A DNA stretch of 64,000 nt from a virus: IMG/VR virus record IMGVR_UViG_3300042292_000345, positions 1 to 64,000 of that record, one strand, 5' to 3'. Shown piece by piece: positions 8,949-17,800 of the stretch. Every line of letters starts with the position of its first letter. The first letter of the stretch is position 1. The notes beneath the pieces were generated by a model. The model was not told the DNA's origin. It was given only the letters and a program-made list of their open reading frames with translations, and did not search any database. The position numbers and the translations under genes are program-made.

Positions 8949-8984
8949 GTTAGATAGCTGTGCTACTAACATAGGCTGTGCCTA
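8949..8984 (+). promoter_or_regulatory. Twin hairpins with identical C-TGT-G loop directly upstream of the scaffold RBS; putative translational operator
   Basis: GTTAG-a-TAGC-TGT-GCTA-CTAAC (8949-8970) and TAGGC-TGT-GCCTA (8972-8984), followed by AAGGA. Confidence 0.5.
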
Positions 8985-8996
8985 AAGGAATTTAAA

Positions 8997-9665
8997 ATGA
9001 GTACCGAAAATCCAAATCCAGATAATACTGATAACACTAATAATGTACCTCCTGCACCTGCGGGAACTACTAATGGTGTTAGCATGACTCCTGAACAATT
9101 GGAAAAGTTAATATCAGATAGACTTAATCCAATTAAAGAGAAGTTAGATAATGCATTTGTCGAGAGAGATGCAGCTAAGACCAAGTTAGCAGAATTAGAA
9201 AAAGAAAAGCAAGAACAGGAAATTAAACGTCTTCAAGAAGAGGGCAAACATAAAGAAGCTTATGAGATTCAGTTAGCTGAAGAAAGAGCTAAATTAGCTC
9301 GATTAGAAAAGCAAAACACTGAACTAGCACGTGATGCATCTTTAAGAACTCTGTTAGGTAAATTTACTTTCAGAAGTGATAGCGCATCTAACATGGCTTA
9401 TAACTCTATTATATCTGAATTAAGACAGAATGAGAAAGGTGAATGGGTTCATGCGTCTGGTACAACATTAGCAGACTATGTTAAAGTATTTTCTGAAAAT
9501 GAAGAAAATTCATTCTTGTTTAAACCTAAAGTATCTTCTGGTGGAGGTCTTGACGGAAACAATAATCCACCTCCTGTTGGCGAATATAAAAGCATCTACG
9601 AGATGAGTCAAGAGGAAGTATTAAAAAGAATCACTGAAGGCAAAGCGTTGCCTAAAAGGAAATAA
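8997..9665 (+). CDS. Capsid scaffolding protein
   Basis: Low-complexity N/P-rich N-terminus, long charged coiled coil and FLFK...SSGGG C-terminal motif; immediately upstream of the major capsid gene. Confidence 0.85.
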   Translation: MSTENPNPDNTDNTNNVPPAPAGTTNGVSMTPEQLEKLISDRLNPIKEKLDNAFVERDAAKTKLAELEKEKQEQEIKRLQEEGKHKEAYEIQLAEERAKLARLEKQNTELARDASLRTLLGKFTFRSDSASNMAYNSIISELRQNEKGEWVHASGTTLADYVKVFSENEENSFLFKPKVSSGGGLDGNNNPPPVGEYKSIYEMSQEEVLKRITEGKALPKRK

Positions 9666-9668
9666 CAA

Positions 9669-10889
9669 ATGACTGTAAAAACAAATCTAGCCGGTGCTAC
9701 TAACTTCGTATTACAAGAAGCAATCAGTGCTTACTCTGACGAAGCTTATACTACTGCTCGTAAATTATCAAGCACTGGCATCGTAGGAACTAACCCACAA
9801 ATTGACACTAGCACAGAAACCTTTATTGGTCAAATGCGTTGGTTCAAACCATTAAATCCAGTAGTTAACGTTGCATCACTAACAGATGCTGCTGACGGTA
9901 ACAAAACTAGCTATGCATCTGACTACTTGACATATATTAAAACTGTTCGTACTCACGGTGCTAACAAAGTTAATATGCAATCAGTAGTTACTCAACAAGA
10001 TGGCTTAGCTAAAATCGGTCGTGACTTTGGTGAAACTCGTGCTAAAGACGAACATGATGCTATCCTTGCAGTACTAAAAGGTGTTGCAGTATCTGAATTA
10101 TTGAATGGTGCAGCAGCTGGTAGTGGTGCAGCAGGTTGGGGTGGTCAAACATTTGATAGCGATCCTGAAGAAAAACGTTACGGTTTCTATGTAGACCTAG
10201 GTGCTAACAAACCAGTATTACCATCAGGCGGCTCATCAGGTACTAACTATGCTATTCAAGGTGCTGCTCGTGCAGAAGGCTTCTTAAATGCATTTGGTAT
10301 GGCATTCAAAGATTATGAACCAGCTTGGGCTTACTTAGTAATCTCACCTGAAACATTAGCATCTTTCCGTTCTGCTAACTTTGTAGATGAAACTACTGTA
10401 ACAGATGGTATGGTAGAATTCAATACTATTTTTAGTGGTAAATTCAGATTAGTTGTAACTCGTGCTAACCAATCATTAGCAACTGCTGACTTGACTAAAA
10501 TCAATACAGGTGCTGGTACAGTTGGTGGCGGTGCAGTTGCAGCTGACGTTGCAGGTACTAAAACATCATTTATTGTATTGCCAGGTGCATTAGCAATGGA
10601 AGGTTTGTCAGTTCCTGATGAAACTGAAATTTACCGTGATGCTAATAAATATAAAGGTGGTGGTACAACTGACATTTGGTATCGTTGGGGTTATGTATTA
10701 GCACCTGCAGGCTACAACTGGGCTGGTCCAGTAGATGCATTCCCATCTAACACTGATTACACTTCAGTAATGGATGGAAGTACATTGAAAACTCTTTCAG
10801 CTGCTACTATTGCAACTTCAAAAGGTGTTTGGGAACGTAAAGCTCATTCAGCACTTTCATTAGGTATCTTACCTGTATTCCACGCTTAA
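9669..10889 (+). CDS. Major capsid protein
   Basis: 406 aa after the scaffold, with high-expression codon bias (CGT, GCT, AAC). The YKGGGTTDIWYRWGYVLAPAGYNW motif resembles siphovirus coat proteins. Confidence 0.88.
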   Translation: MTVKTNLAGATNFVLQEAISAYSDEAYTTARKLSSTGIVGTNPQIDTSTETFIGQMRWFKPLNPVVNVASLTDAADGNKTSYASDYLTYIKTVRTHGANKVNMQSVVTQQDGLAKIGRDFGETRAKDEHDAILAVLKGVAVSELLNGAAAGSGAAGWGGQTFDSDPEEKRYGFYVDLGANKPVLPSGGSSGTNYAIQGAARAEGFLNAFGMAFKDYEPAWAYLVISPETLASFRSANFVDETTVTDGMVEFNTIFSGKFRLVVTRANQSLATADLTKINTGAGTVGGGAVAADVAGTKTSFIVLPGALAMEGLSVPDETEIYRDANKYKGGGTTDIWYRWGYVLAPAGYNWAGPVDAFPSNTDYTSVMDGSTLKTLSAATIATSKGVWERKAHSALSLGILPVFHA

Positions 10890-10898
10890 GGAATTGTT

Positions 10899-11378
10899 AT
10901 GGCTTTAGTTGTAGGTGTTAATTCATATGCATCAGTAGCTGACGCCAATACATATTTCGAAGATAGACTAGATGTTGCAGCATGGTCTGATGCTACAGAT
11001 ACTAATAAAAGTATGGCATTGGTCACTGCAACGTCTATTTTAGATAATCTCGATTGGATTGGAAGCGTTACAGATAGTGCTCAACCTCTTGCACATCCTA
11101 GAATAGGTATGTACAATGATCCTAGACTAGGTATTACAGTTGATCTTGCAGACGTCCTTATTGATAGAAGAGTGATAACCGCTTGTTATGAGCTAGCCTA
11201 TCACCTGCTTAACAATGAAGGTCTATTAGATGATACTGGATTAGTCAAATCTGTTTCATTAGGTGAAATCGGTCTACAAACAATTATTCCTGCCAATAAA
11301 ATGTCAGGTACTGTTAGAAGATTAATTAAACCTTTATTACTCAGAGGTGGTTCTAGATCTTGGTGGAGAGCAAACTAA
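10899..11378 (+). CDS. Head-tail adaptor (DnaT-like family)
   Basis: MALVVGVNSYASVADANTYF...QPLAHPR pattern; directly after the capsid gene. Confidence 0.78.
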   Translation: MALVVGVNSYASVADANTYFEDRLDVAAWSDATDTNKSMALVTATSILDNLDWIGSVTDSAQPLAHPRIGMYNDPRLGITVDLADVLIDRRVITACYELAYHLLNNEGLLDDTGLVKSVSLGEIGLQTIIPANKMSGTVRRLIKPLLLRGGSRSWWRAN

Positions 11379-11716
11379 TGGGACTTAAAGCTACTATAGC
11401 AAAGGCTGTTAATTCTGCTTTTGATAAAGCGTCAGATCTTGCTATTGTCAGTACTTTTAGTAGAACACAGTCTAACTCTTTTGATTTCAGTACTGCTTCG
11501 GCTACTGAAACTACTTTGGCAGATGTAACTGCTAAACTACTTATAATTAAAGATTATAAAACAAAAGATGGTCTTAAAAGACTAAAGATTCTAGTGAAAG
11601 CCGTAGATGTCAATCTCTATGATACTGTAAGTATCAATAATGAGATTTGGAAAATCGGTAATGTCATAGAGTCTAATAGATATACTACATTATTAGAGGT
11701 TTATAGAAATGGGTAA
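11378..11716 (+). CDS. Head closure / neck protein (putative)
   Basis: TAATG overlap gives a start at 11378; size and synteny fit. Confidence 0.6.
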   Translation: MGLKATIAKAVNSAFDKASDLAIVSTFSRTQSNSFDFSTASATETTLADVTAKLLIIKDYKTKDGLKRLKILVKAVDVNLYDTVSINNEIWKIGNVIESNRYTTLLEVYRNG

Positions 11717-12095
11717 ATTCACTGAAGTTGAAGATAGTATCTTTGCTATATTTGCAGGTGAAGAGTGGGATGCTGAAGGTATTCCTACATTCCCTAATAA
11801 CTATAATCCTACTAGTAATCTCGAAGAATTTATTAGAGTTGATGTAATACCTTCAGGAATGGGAATTAATATTAATTCACTTTCAGGCTTGATTATTATA
11901 GAAATATTTACTCCAGCAGGAAAGGGTCCAAGAAGAGCTACTGAAATAGCTGATATATTAGATAAATATTTTGCAGGTAAGAGTAGCGCATCTACTCAAT
12001 TCATGCAAAGCAATTTTAGATCTGTCGGAAATGAGACAGCATACTATCATTGCTCTTACTCAATTCAATTTAACTTTTATAAAAGTTTTAATTAA
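11709..12095 (+). CDS. Tail terminator protein (putative)
   Basis: SGLIIIEIFTPAGKGPRRATEIADIL pattern; directly before the tail tube genes. Confidence 0.7.
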   Translation: MGKFTEVEDSIFAIFAGEEWDAEGIPTFPNNYNPTSNLEEFIRVDVIPSGMGININSLSGLIIIEIFTPAGKGPRRATEIADILDKYFAGKSSASTQFMQSNFRSVGNETAYYHCSYSIQFNFYKSFN

Positions 12096-12105
12096 GGAAA
12101 ACAAA

Positions 12106-12765
12106 ATGGCTCATATTACATCTATTGGGGCAGCAATGTTCACTAGCTTAGCTGTTACTAAAGCAGCTGCTACTCTTGCTGATGTCCCTAAAACAGCTGC
12201 TGCAGCTACTAAGTTACATGGCGCTACTGGCGCTGCTGCTGGTTTCTTCTCTACTGACGGCACTAGTGGCGCAGCTGGTGGTACATTCTTCCGCATTCCT
12301 AATGTTAAAGAATTCCCTGCAATGGGTATTCCAGCTAACATTACTAACGTTCCTGAATACGGTTCTGCGCTAGCACTGCAAGTGCAATCACAAGCTGACG
12401 CACCTACTTTAGAAATTACCCTAAACTATGTACCATCTCAGTGGGATAATAACACTTTGTTCAGTAATGCTGGTAATCCTACAGTTGGTGGTGATATCCA
12501 CTTATTCAGATTTACAGTTTTAGCTGAAGATGTGAAAAGCTGGAATAGTGGCTTCCACAGAACCGCTACTAATGCTGCAGCATCTGGTAATACTTCAGTT
12601 ACATCGCTTGTTGAAAATTCAAGCTATTACTTCTTGGGTAAACTAGAAGCGTTAGAAGTGACCCCTAACTTGACTGATGCATTAACTGCTAAGCTAACAA
12701 TTTCTGTTAGATCTAGTATCTATGGTGCATTCACTCAAGAAACTGCAACTTACACAGTATCCTAA
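12106..12765 (+). CDS. Major tail tube protein, copy 1
   Basis: Start at ATG12106 after AAGGA (MAHITSIGAAMF). VKEFPAMGIPANITNVPEYG...QADAPTLEITLNYVP motif. Confidence 0.82.
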   Translation: MAHITSIGAAMFTSLAVTKAAATLADVPKTAAAATKLHGATGAAAGFFSTDGTSGAAGGTFFRIPNVKEFPAMGIPANITNVPEYGSALALQVQSQADAPTLEITLNYVPSQWDNNTLFSNAGNPTVGGDIHLFRFTVLAEDVKSWNSGFHRTATNAAASGNTSVTSLVENSSYYFLGKLEALEVTPNLTDALTAKLTISVRSSIYGAFTQETATYTVS

Positions 12766-12777
12766 CAGGAGCATACA

Positions 12778-13596
12778 ATGGCACATATTAATCAGTTAGG
12801 TTCTGCTATTTTCTCAGACCTTTCAATTTCATTATTTTCTACCAAAACTATGCTTGGTTCTAGCGCTGCTACTTATGACCAACTTCTAGATGTATTGTCA
12901 AAAATAAAAGATGGTGCATTAGCTGTTGGCGGGACAGGAGCAGAAAATTTACCCACTAGTATTACAAGTCTTGTAGGCTGGGGTGGCTTGTTTCAAAACA
13001 ATTTAAGTACTATTACCTCTACTGCTATCACTGGTGGTACACTTATTGCTGACGCAAAAGCATATGTACGTCTAACACATGTTAAAGAATTCCCTGCAAT
13101 GGGAACACCTGCTAATATTGTTAATGTACCTATTTACGGTCGTAAAAATTCTTTACAAATCCAAGGCCAGGCTGACTCTCCAACAATGGAGATTACAGTC
13201 AACTATGTACCTACTATGTGGGCAGGTGGAGAATTAAAAGGTGGGATTGATACTTCGCCTGTTTCTACAAGTATCAAAATAGGCGATGGAAAAGTTTATT
13301 TAATGAGATTCACTCTCTTAAATAAAGAGCCAAAAGGTTACAATGCAAGTTTAAGAGCTACTTCAACTTCAGTATCTAATGTTAATGATGAAGATTCTAT
13401 TGGTGAAGCAGTAACCAATCTTAAAGCTGGCAATGCAGAAGTTCAAAACTCAAGCTTTTACTTCTTGGGTAAAATTGAAACTATTGAAGTAACACCATCT
13501 CTAAGTGATGCAACTACTGCTAAAATTACGATTGCTATGCAATCAGATTTAGTAGGTGCATATACTATTAACTACGGAACGGATCTTCAAGCTTAA
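12778..13596 (+). CDS. Major tail tube protein, copy 2 (paralogue)
   Basis: MAHINQLGSAIF start, VKEFPAMGTPANIVNVPIYG...QADSPTMEITVNYVP and NSSFYFLGK motifs shared with copy 1. Confidence 0.82.
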   Translation: MAHINQLGSAIFSDLSISLFSTKTMLGSSAATYDQLLDVLSKIKDGALAVGGTGAENLPTSITSLVGWGGLFQNNLSTITSTAITGGTLIADAKAYVRLTHVKEFPAMGTPANIVNVPIYGRKNSLQIQGQADSPTMEITVNYVPTMWAGGELKGGIDTSPVSTSIKIGDGKVYLMRFTLLNKEPKGYNASLRATSTSVSNVNDEDSIGEAVTNLKAGNAEVQNSSFYFLGKIETIEVTPSLSDATTAKITIAMQSDLVGAYTINYGTDLQA

Positions 13597-13603
13597 GTAT
13601 CCA

Positions 13604-13629
13604 AAGGGAGAGGTTTAGACCTCTCCCTT
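13604..13629 (+). promoter_or_regulatory. Perfect 11-bp hairpin after the tail tube genes, no U-tract
   Basis: AAGGGAGAGGT-TTAG-ACCTCTCCCTT. Confidence 0.6.
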
Positions 13630-13644
13630 CCTTATAGGACTATC

Positions 13645-13893
13645 ATGGAAAATGAGAATAGACCTTTTGACTTCGATTATGTGATTTGTGTTACTAAACA
13701 TGAAATACTAAAATGTATTGATCGAAGCATTAATAAAACATTTGAGAGAACGAAAGAATTCCAAAAGGATTCTGTCAAAACGACTGAAGCGTTCTCTACA
13801 TTATCATATCTTCATCAACTGCGAGTGCAAATAGATGAATCAATTAAATATAAACCCAAAGGTGGCAAAAATGTCAGAAGTAAAAGGAATTAA
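13645..13893 (+). CDS. Hypothetical protein in tail module
   Basis: AGGA RBS; ORF track. Confidence 0.65.
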   Translation: MENENRPFDFDYVICVTKHEILKCIDRSINKTFERTKEFQKDSVKTTEAFSTLSYLHQLRVQIDESIKYKPKGGKNVRSKRN

Positions 13894-14197
13894 AAGCTTA
13901 GTTGGTCGTAAAATGACTAAAAGTGTTAAATTTTTAGATGATTCAGTAATCATCAGTAAATTATCAGTAGATGATGTTATGGAAGTCCAAGCATTAGCTA
14001 AGGAAGTTGAAGAAGCTAAAAATGAAAACGCAGGAATTGATATTCTTAAATTGGTAATTAGCAAAGCTGTTGAAGGTGGTGGTGAGCTTACCGAAGAAGA
14101 TTTTAATTCCTTTCCGATGGATGAACTTTCAAAATTAGCAAATGATATTATGAAGTTCTCTGGCATGACCACTGAAAGTGCGGGAAAGTCGAACTAA
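13871..14197 (+). CDS. Tail assembly chaperone (lambda gpG analogue)
   Basis: Start ATG13871 after AAGGTGG. Lies between tube and tape measure genes and ends with the slippery site G GGA AAG. Confidence 0.85.
   Translation: MSEVKGIKSLVGRKMTKSVKFLDDSVIISKLSVDDVMEVQALAKEVEEAKNENAGIDILKLVISKAVEGGGELTEEDFNSFPMDELSKLANDIMKFSGMTTESAGKSN
14182..14188 (+). other. Programmed -1 ribosomal frameshift site GGGAAAG
   Basis: In-frame G GGA AAG (X XXY YYZ), identical to the lambda G/GT site. The -1 frame is open from 14185 into ORF 14242..14571. Confidence 0.9.
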
Positions 14198-14571
14198 GTA
14201 ATGATGACTTAGCTGTATTTGAAATAGCATATCAGCTACGTATGCCTATATATCAAATGACAAGAGAAATGCCATATGATGAATTTTTAGGTTGGTTATC
14301 TTACTTTGATGCTCGTCCTATTGAATGGAGGGCAGATGATAGAGCAGCTAAAATGATTCAATCGCAAGGTGTAAAAGCCAAGCCTCATGAATTGTTCCAT
14401 TCTCTCGATGCAATATATAACAGAAGACCTGGTGGTCCTCTAAAAGAAGGGCAAGTAGACACTAATAACCTAAAAGGTTCTGCACTATTTAATAAACTAT
14501 TTAGTGCTCAAGGTGGCGAACAATTGGAGTTCTTACATGGTAGCAATCAATCCGTTCAAGAAAGCATTTGA
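14185..14571 (+). CDS. Tail assembly chaperone C-terminal extension (gpGT analogue), reached by -1 frameshift
   Basis: The -1 frame reads KVELSNDDLAVFEIAYQLRMPIYQMTREMPYDEFLGWLSYF..., a typical gpT-like segment. Confidence 0.85.
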   Translation, partial: KVELSNDDLAVFEIAYQLRMPIYQMTREMPYDEFLGWLSYFDARPIEWRADDRAAKMIQSQGVKAKPHELFHSLDAIYNRRPGGPLKEGQVDTNNLKGSALFNKLFSAQGGEQLEFLHGSNQSVQESI

Positions 14572-14818
14572 TGCAGAAGTCAAGAAACAAGTAGATTTAA
14601 AAGCTAGAGATCTCACAGAGAAACTTAGAGAGTCTACCCTCACCCCTGATGCTTCTGCTCGATGGAATTATGAAAATGGGAAAATTGTGAATGATGCAAA
14701 ATATATTGTTGATTTAAATAATGGCAATAGCGCTACTCATCCCTCTCATTTTATAGAAAGGACTTTACTATCAGACGAAGATGTAAAGCCTAATGGAGCT
14801 ATTATAGCTCTAAACTAA
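14537..14818 (+). CDS. HK97 gp10-like tail completion protein (putative, short)
   Basis: GGAG RBS and ATG14537. TP...ARW...NDAKYIVDLNNGNS...FIE resembles the TPxxTG...W...NxxxYxxxLxxGxS pattern. Confidence 0.55.
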   Translation: MVAINPFKKAFDAEVKKQVDLKARDLTEKLRESTLTPDASARWNYENGKIVNDAKYIVDLNNGNSATHPSHFIERTLLSDEDVKPNGAIIALN

Positions 14819-14823
14819 AACTT

Positions 14824-14852
14824 ACCCCTTCATGAATTTGAAGGGGTTTTTT
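14824..14852 (+). terminator. Intrinsic terminator just upstream of the tape measure gene
   Basis: ACCCCTTCA-TGAATT-TGAAGGGGT followed by TTTTT. Confidence 0.75.
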
Positions 14853-14865
14853 ATTGGAGACAAAT

Positions 14866-17800
14866 ATGTCAGGAATAGCTATAGCAGTAGAAGCTAAGGT
14901 AGACAAAGCGCAAAGAGACCTTCAACTATTAAATCATACAGTTTCAAATATATCTACTGAAGTTAAAAAGGCTACCTCTAGTTTCTCTTTGATGTCTAAG
15001 TCTATTGTAGGTTTAGGTGGTATTGCTTTAATTTTACCCACGATCAAAAGCATTGATGCTACTTTTACAAATATTGAAAACAAAATAAAAACCATAACAG
15101 GTGCAACTGAAAGATTTAATACCGCATTTTCTGGGGTTTCATCAATCGCAAGAGACACTCGTTCTACACTAGCAGATACTACTGATTCTTTCTTTAGGAT
15201 CTCATCAGCTATTTCAGAAACTAGTCTAGATATGGATAAGGTTCTGGTAGCGACAAGAGCAATACAATCAGGTGCTATTCTTGCTGGCGGTAATCTTGAT
15301 GGATATCGTGCAGCCGTTATGCAACTAGGGCAAGGACTAGGTAGTGGTGCTTTAAGAGGTGAGGAGTTCAACTCTGTTATCGAGCAAGCTTTACCTATTG
15401 CAAAAGCTATTGGAGATTCTTTAGGGGTGTCTGTAGGAACTTTAAGAAGAATGGCAAATGCAGGCAAGCTTACATCAGATCTTGTATTTAACGCACTAAT
15501 AATGCAAGCCGGTGCTTTACAAAAGAAAGTAAGCTCTATGGATATTACTATAGAGCAGAGTATGCAAAGTTTAAAAGAGACATTAAAATATGTATTTAAC
15601 TCTTTTGATAAAGCAGTAAATATGTCTGGCTTTCTTAGTAGAGGGATAGTAGCACTTTCAGGTAAGCTAAGTTTACTAGCAGATTCTGCATTTAATATGG
15701 GGACTGATATAAGCTCCGTATTAAATAGTTTATTTGCTTCAAAAGATCTTAAAAGAATTGCAGATATAGCAACAACTATGCTATACCCTTTCTATTTTGC
15801 TGCTAAGCAATTTGGAAAACAATTTATGTTATTTTTGAATGCTAGAGGTATAATCTCATTCATGAATAAAATATTTGTTGAGACTACATCAGCAGCAATG
15901 ATGAGTATAACAAAACTTGGAACAAAGCTATATACTCTTGGTGTTATTTTACGTGCAATAGACCAGCAAGGCTTTCTACAAGGGAAATTAGCCGTATTTG
16001 ATGCATTTGGATACGCTGTAAAATCTTTCTTTGTAATGTTTCATTTTTATGTACAACGTGTAGTAAATCCTATTAATCAAGATATTTATGCAATAGGCAA
16101 TTCTATAGATCAAACATTTAATGTTATACCTGGTAAGGTAATTAAATTATTTGCAAATTTCACAGCACATATTTCTCATTTTATACAAGGTTTTATCGGA
16201 TTATATGATACTTCTATAGGTCGTCTTTTTAAAAATCTAGCAGAAGCTTATGAGGATTTTGTAGCCGACTTTAATAATAGTGTATTTGGTTTTAGTCCCT
16301 TAAGTAAGAAACTTGAAAAATATAAAGAAATATTAGCAAGAGTTGTTCTTAAAAGTATCCCAGAAGTATTGATAAGAGCTGCAGGAGCTATCAAAGCTGC
16401 CCTTATAGGTTTTATTAAGCCTTTTAAATCTGTTGAAGAAAGAATTTCAGCAAGCAGTAGAGTACTTCCTAAAGTATCTTTAAGCTTTGAAGAAATGGCA
16501 ACAGGAGTTAATAAGGCTGGCAAAATATTAGTAACTGGTGCAGAGAATGTAAAAGACTTTTTTATGATGCTAGTATCAACTGATTTTAGCAAACTAAGTA
16601 GTTCTTTTAGCTTTGATGGATTAAAGAAAAATATTTCTAATTTTGTAAAGTATATTTCTAACACTAGCCTACTATCATCAGTTAAGTCTTTTGTAAAAGA
16701 TCTATTACCATCTGATATACTATCTAAAAGTGCTAGTGTATTCTCAAATACACTTCAAAAAATTATTGTAAAAATCAGAGACGTTCTTGGTTCTTTATTT
16801 TCTATGGATAAGATTAAAGGGCAATTGACAACATTTTTGCCAGTAATACAGAGCGGTCTGTCTTCTCTTTTATCTACTCTTACAGATGCTGCAAGTATTG
16901 TTTATAGTAAAGTCAGTAGCTTTATTGACTCGTTTAAACAGTTAGAAATGGTATCTGCAGTAACTGATAAAGTTGAAAAAGTATTTAATTTTATTAAAAA
17001 GAAACTAGAAGGCACATCTCTGGATGTTGATTTCAGTGCTATAAAAGATAAAGTAAAATCTTTATTTAAAGATAGCATTAGTAGTGATATTACATCATCT
17101 ATGGCATCATCATCTTTTAAATTTTCAGATTTTAAACATATTGCTGTAAAAGCACTAGATAGCATCGTAGACGGCTTCCATAATATTGTGGCTGTAAGTA
17201 AGAAACTTTTATTTACAAAACCAAAAGAAGCACTCGATTATATATTAGAAAAACTATCTATTGTAAAACAGAAAATAGGCGAATTTGCTACTAGTATAGG
17301 TATCCCTAGTATCGATCTTAGTGTAAATTTAGAACCTATTAAAAAAGCTATAGGCGTTGCTAAAGAATTTATTGGTAGTATGGTTGCCGATCTTAGTGAT
17401 GTTTTTGGCACTAATTTTACAAATCTTAATCTTGATACATCTAGTTTTTCTAGTTTTAAAGCAAGTATTCTAAAAGCCTTTGATGAAGTCTCATCAATAT
17501 TTAATAAAAATCTTGCAGTGCTATTTGCAAAACCAATGACATTCCATGTGTCTGCAATAGCACTTGGGGAGATGTTCCCTGAAAATAAAGTGACTGAATT
17601 TTTATCTAAACAGTTACGTGCAGTAGCGGTAAGAGGCTGGAAAGACTTTATTATTGCTTGGTCAAATACTGCAAATGCTGGAGACTTATCTGAAAGAGTT
17701 GGTGAATTTGCTAGTACAACGATTGTCAATGCAATAAAGAATTATACATACGCCCTACCACAATTGGCAGGCGCATTAATGAGCATTGGTTCGAGTATAT

